Shown here piece by piece: positions 59,374 to 64,000 of a stretch of 64,000 nt of DNA. Within the stretch, counting starts at the first letter, position 1. Each line of letters opens with the position of its first letter. The stretch comes from Scenedesmus sp. PABB004 (taxonomy: Eukaryota): assembly GCA_014905635.1 (NCBI GenBank), contig JABVCE010000002.1:248001-312000 (forward strand), read 5' to 3'. The position numbers and the translations under genes were made by a program. The notes beneath the pieces were generated by a model. It had not been told where the DNA came from. It saw nothing but the letters and a program-made list of their open reading frames with translations, and did no database searches.

Positions 59374-59463
59374 GAGGCTTTTGACCTTGGAGGGGGAGGC
59401 TCTTGACCTTGGAGGGTCAACCTGTTGAAGGTCAAGCGGCTTGACCCTTCATGAGGCTTGATC
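59374..59463. repeat. Cluster of direct and inverted TTGACC/GGTCAA repeats
   Basis: TTGACCTTGGAGGG at 59381 and 59403, GGTCAA at 59415 and 59430, TTGACC at 59441. Confidence 0.8.
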
Positions 59464-59479
59464 ACGTCATATGGCCCTG

Positions 59480-62400
59480 CTACCACTCCACGTCGGCGCA
59501 AAAGTCGCTCCAGTAGCCGCAGAACCAGGGGCGCAGGCCGTAGATGCGGATGAGCACGCGCACCTTGGTCCACTGCACCTCGCGCCACGTCGTGGACGGG
59601 CCCAGCAGGCCCTTGGTGTCGCCGCTGCGGGGTGCGGGCGGGGACCAGGCGTCGGCGGGCCGGCGGGCGGCGTGCGGCGCGCACGCGCGCGGCGCGCCTC
59701 GGCCCCCTTGGCAACCCCCGCCCGCACCTGTTTGCGTTGAGCGCCCACCAGAACCACGAGGGCTGGCGGCCCGTCTTCTCGCTGAGCGCGCGGAGGTAGC
59801 TGGCGACGACGTTGAGCCACATCTTGTCGGCGTCGGTGTAGTGCGTGGTGTCGGTGTTGTTCACGCTGTTGTCGCCCCAGTCCTTGGCCCCGCTCTCGCC
59901 GATCACGACCGGCAGCGCCGGGATGCGCGCGCCCTGCCCGCCCGCCGCGGCGCGCGGCCGGGGCTCGGCGGGGGCTCGCGCGGCGCGCCGCGGGCCGGGC
60001 GGGCCGCGGCGGGCCGCGGCGGGCCGCGGCGGCGCAGCGGTGCCCGGCGCGGCGCGTCGCGCGCGCGCGCACCGAGCTGGTGGAGTCGAGTCCCTGCATC
60101 TTCCAGCCCCAGCTCAGGTCCCAGCGGTACGTGATCGCGCTCACGCTCGCGGCCAGGAAGTTGGGGTCGCCCGTGATGGTGCCCGGGTAGATGTGCGGCG
60201 ACAGCACCAGCCGCGACATCTGCGCGCCGGCGCGCCGGCCGCCGCGGGTCGGCGGGCGGCGCGCGCACAACGCCTGGCTGGGCGCGCGCCGCACGAGCGC
60301 GCACAGACACACGCGCGCGCGCGCACCTGCGCGTCGCCGTGCTCCACGCGCACGGGGCCGAGCTTCTGCGTGAACGCGGTCGTGAACATGTCGCTCGGGT
60401 CGCTCAGCGCGTACGCGTCCAGCGTGCGCTTGTTGGTGATGAAGCCGTCGCCCCTGCGGGCCATGACGCAGCGCGCACAGCGCGTGAGCGTGGGCGCGTG
60501 AGCGCGGCCGCGTGCGTGGCGGCGGGTGCGCGCGCGCCGCGGCCGCAGTCTTTGCGAGGGCCGCGGAGCCGCGGTGCGGTGAGGCACGCAGCGCACCAGT
60601 GCATCCCGGGGTAGAAGTTGCCGCACTGGTCCCACTTGGTGCTGTTGTCCTGGCCAAGGCCGTTGATAAAGATCGGCACGTCGGGGTCGGCCGCCCAGAT
60701 CGCGGCCGCGGCCATGCCGTAGCTCTGCAGCACCGGCGCGCACGCCTTGGTGCCGTTGACCTCGTGGCACGAGTCCTGCCACTGGCAGCCCCACCGGCTG
60801 CGCGGCACGGGGCGCGCGCGGGGGGCGCGGCGGTCTCGGCCCGCGGGCGCGCGCCGCCGTCGCCGCGCCGCGCCCGCCCCGCGCCGCGCCCGCGCCCCGC
60901 CGCGCGCCCGGCTTTCTGGCTCCCCGCGCGCGCGCGCGCCTGGGCTCGTTGACGAGGTCTGGGAACACGCGGCCGCGCAGGTGTGTGTCGTAGGCTGGTA
61001 TGTCGGTGAGGATGCGCCAGAAGTTGCCCCAGTTGGCCGCGAGCACCTCGGGGTTGGACACGTTGGGCTCCGCGTCGCGGCTGGAGCTGAAGTCAAGCAG
61101 CAGGTAGAAGCCCTGGCTCACCAGGTACTGCAGCTGCCACAGAAAGCTGCAGCCCGGCCGGCCAGGGGGCGCGCGGGCGGGGCGGGGCGGCGGGGGGTGA
61201 CGCGACGTGACGCGACGTCGCGGTGCGCGGGCGGGCGGCGGCGCGGGCCCCGCCGCGCGCACCGGTACAGCGCGGGCACGCCGGGGCCCTGCGGGAGGTA
61301 CCAGTTGCACTGCGTGAGGTTGAGGCTCGCGCCGCGGCCGCCGGTGTAGTTTGCCAGGAACGGCGCGGACCAGGGGCGGTCGCACTGGGGGTTGCCGGTC
61401 GGCGGGGGCGGGTGGGGCATGCCCTTGTATTTGGGCAGGTAGGGCGCGAGGGCTTCGAGGCTCCAGTTTGGCCCCAGCCCCGCGATGAGCTCCGGGTCCA
61501 TCGTCTTCTCAATCCCGATGTACTCGTCAGAGTCGAGCTGGCAAGGGGAGGGGGAGGGAGAGTGGGAGAAGGGGAGAGGGAGGGGGAGCGGCGGGCGAGC
61601 ATTTAACGGCGGCGGTGAGTGTTCAACGGCGTCAGCGCGTCAGCGGCTGCTGCGGCTGCGCGCGGCGCGGGGTGTGTGTCACCAGACAGGGGAAGAACTC
61701 GCTGGCCGAGGGCGGGAGGTCGAGGTTGAGGTCGCTGAACTTGAACTGCACGCGGATGGCGTTGAAGCCGAGGAGCTTGGTGCGGTACACGACCGCGGCA
61801 AAGTCGTTGGTCATGCGGCGCTTGCCCCAGTAGCTGATGTTGAGCGCGCGCTGCCCCGCCTCGCCGACCGCGGGGCTGTACTCGCCGCCGCTCGGGTTGC
61901 CCTGCCGACGCGCCGTGCCGGCGACGGCGGCGGCGTGAGCCGCGGCGGCGGGGGCGCGCCGCCGCGGGCGGGCCGCGGGGCGCTGCTGGGGGGCAGCCCG
62001 GGGGGCCGTCCGCCTCCCCGCCTTGCCATACGCGCTCACATAGGGTGGGATGTCGCCGTCCTGCTTGCACGGCGGGTTGCTGTACGTGGTGTTGTCGTCG
62101 CAGAACGCCCACTGGCCGTCAAAGTTGAACGACCCCACGCTCCACCCAAACCAGTTGACGCCGCGCAGCACCGCGGGCGTGCCGCTCGGCTGCTCCAGCA
62201 GCAGCCCGCCCGGGGCCAGCGCGAGCGGCGGCGGCACCTGCGCGGCGCGGCGCGCGGCGCGGAGCGCGCCGGCGTAAACCCTGAGCGCCCGCGCGGCGCG
62301 CGCCCCGCCGACGGCGGCGGTGCGGGCCCGCACCTTGCTGGTGCCCGCGGGGCTCGCCCAGGGGCTCGGGCACTCCATCGGCACGCGCTCCTTGTTCCAG

Positions 62401-63397
62401 CCGTGCCGGCAGGTGCACGCGCCCGCCGGCATCGGGCGCGGCGGGTACTGCAGGATCTCCTTCTCAGCGTCCACTGCGGCGCGGGGCGGCCAGGCCGGGG
62501 CTGGGGTCGCGCACCCCGCCGCGCGCGGCAAGGGGCCGCCGGCGGCGCCGGCGCGCGCCGACCAGCTGGAGGAGCGGCCACGCCCCGCCACGCCGCAGCG
62601 CCGTGCCGTGCCGTGCCGCGCCGCTGCGCCGCCGCCGCACCCGGCGGCTGGTCCTGCACGTCCACCTGGCACAGCCACTTGCGGAAGGTGTTTGAGTAGG
62701 GCTGGCAGGAGTAGCCGTTGGGGCAGCAGAAGCCGCGCCAGGGGCCGAACTGGTCGCACGTGCCGTGCTTGTAGCAGTCAAACCCCGCGCCGCCGCACTG
62801 CCCGCCGACGGGCACGCGCGCGCTGCAGTTGCCGGTCTTGGCCTCGTCGTAGCTGTACTCCAGCTCGCCCGCCTCGACCGGCACGCAGGTGTGCCCCGTG
62901 ATGGACGCCGCGTCGTCCACGCACGTGTGCCCGGGCGTGCAGCAGCCCTTGACAAACGGCGACGGCACGGGCAGGCACCACGCGCCCGGCCGGAACATCA
63001 TATGGCACCCCGGCTGCACGAAGGGCAGCGTCTTGGAGCCGAACAGCGGCAGGAAGCTGGCCGTGGCGGAGGCGTCCAGGCCCAGCGCCGACTGCTCGGC
63101 CACGACGGCGCCTGCGGCGCGCGGCCGGCCACGGGTGACGCCGCCGCTGCTCCGGCGGCGGTGCCGCCGCCGCCGCCGCCCGACGCGGCGGCGCCCGACG
63201 CGGCGGCGCCGGGAGCCTGCCGCGCGTGACCCTGAAGCGGGTGCGACCAGGCGCGGCGGCCCAGGCGCGGCGCACGCTCCCCGGGAGGCCGGCAGCAGCT
63301 GCTGCTCGCCCCGCGCGCGGCCCGCACCTCGTGCGCCTGATCCTCCAGCTACGAGCGCCAGCGCCAGCGCCAGCCAGCAGCATGCGGGCGCTCGCAT
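59480..63397 (-). CDS. Secreted glycoside hydrolase family 5 with Cys-rich CBM1-like N-terminal module, ~12 exons
   Basis: Signal peptide, GGQCGGAGFDC...CCPNGYSC, LRGVNWFG, LLGFNAIRV, DLVNEP (acid/base), LVLSPHIY, VIGESG (nucleophile) and WFWWALNANSGDT. Confidence 0.92.
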
Positions 63398-63775
63398 GGC
63401 TGCCGCGCGCGGCGCCGCGCCCAGCGCGGCTCGCGCGCGCTGCAATCCGCTGCCTCCACGCGCGGCCACGCAGTGCCTGCAGCGCGGCGCTCGGCAATCC
63501 CGGGATCCTAACGTAGTTGGGGCCACTCCTGGCCAGGCGGAGCAGCGGACGCGGGCTGAGCGCGTCTCGGGCGGTGCGCGGGCTGGGCGTCGGCTCGAGC
63601 TGCTCTGGGCGGGCCGTGGCGCTACGTCGCGGCGCCCCTTCAGTGGTATCTGGGAGCTCGCTCGCGACCGTGGGGAGCCTGCCAGGCAGGCGAGGGTTCC
63701 GCGGCGTCGGCGGCGCAGCCCTGAGCGCGCGACGCTCGACGCTGAGGACCGCCCGCGTGTGTTGCACCGCGCGTT

Positions 63776-63953
63776 TCAGCTCACGCCGACGCGCTGCAGG
63801 ACGAGCGTGTCGCGGCGGCTGTTCTCCATCACGCGCAGCCCGCCGTCGTCGAGCACGACGACGTCGGTCCAGCCGCCACCCCGGATGACCGCCGGCAGCG
63901 CCAGGCGCAGCGGCCCGACGCCCACGCGCAGCGCGTCAAACGAGTACGCAATC
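63776..63953 (-). CDS. Terminal exon of a PAP/fibrillin-family protein (gene continues beyond window)
   Basis: IAYSFDALRV...GGGWTDVVVLDDGGLRVMENSRRDTLVLQRV* resembles the fibrillin C-terminal GW...LD..LR....RG.L.VL.R motif. Confidence 0.6.
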
Positions 63954-64000
63954 CTGCGGTGCGCACACGGCGGCGCGCCGTGAGCCCGGCGCTCGCTCGC

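Noticed and set aside
1..64000. Non-standard nuclear genetic code or a functional gene cluster
   Set aside because: Conserved genes end normally at TGA or TAG with no internal stops after splicing, and neighbouring genes have unrelated functions.

Overview
Gene-dense, extremely GC-rich eukaryotic nuclear DNA, most likely from a chlorophycean green alga (inferred from GTGCG/GTGAG donors, CTGAC/CTCAC branch points, TGTAA poly(A) signals and gene content). Most long ORFs in the six-frame track are GC-bias artefacts. By manual splicing I resolve about 22 genes, nearly all intron-containing. Recognisable products: pyruvate formate-lyase, PIG-M, a DnaJ-type Zn-finger protein, a MEX1-like transporter, a bZIP factor, COG8, a Wali7/Ntn-like protein, IFT20, a giant CDCA7-type zf-4CXXC protein, ATP11 (plus a ~1.08 kb partial tandem duplicate), an R3H-IGHMBP2 helicase, a degenerate class III cyclase, CSP41a, a CPBP protease, a membrane-anchored GPX, BUD22, a GH5 with a CBM1-like module and the end of a fibrillin. 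The rest are hypothetical proteins. The most notable signals are: (1) about 17 of ~100 inferred introns use a GC donor, always after an exonic AG (AG|GCRCG); (2) a ~2400 aa protein joins a CDCA7-like CpG-reader finger to a helical solenoid and a probable OB fold; (3) a catalytically dead cyclase resembles the C1-M2 part of a membrane adenylate cyclase. All gene models were read by eye without transcript or database support.
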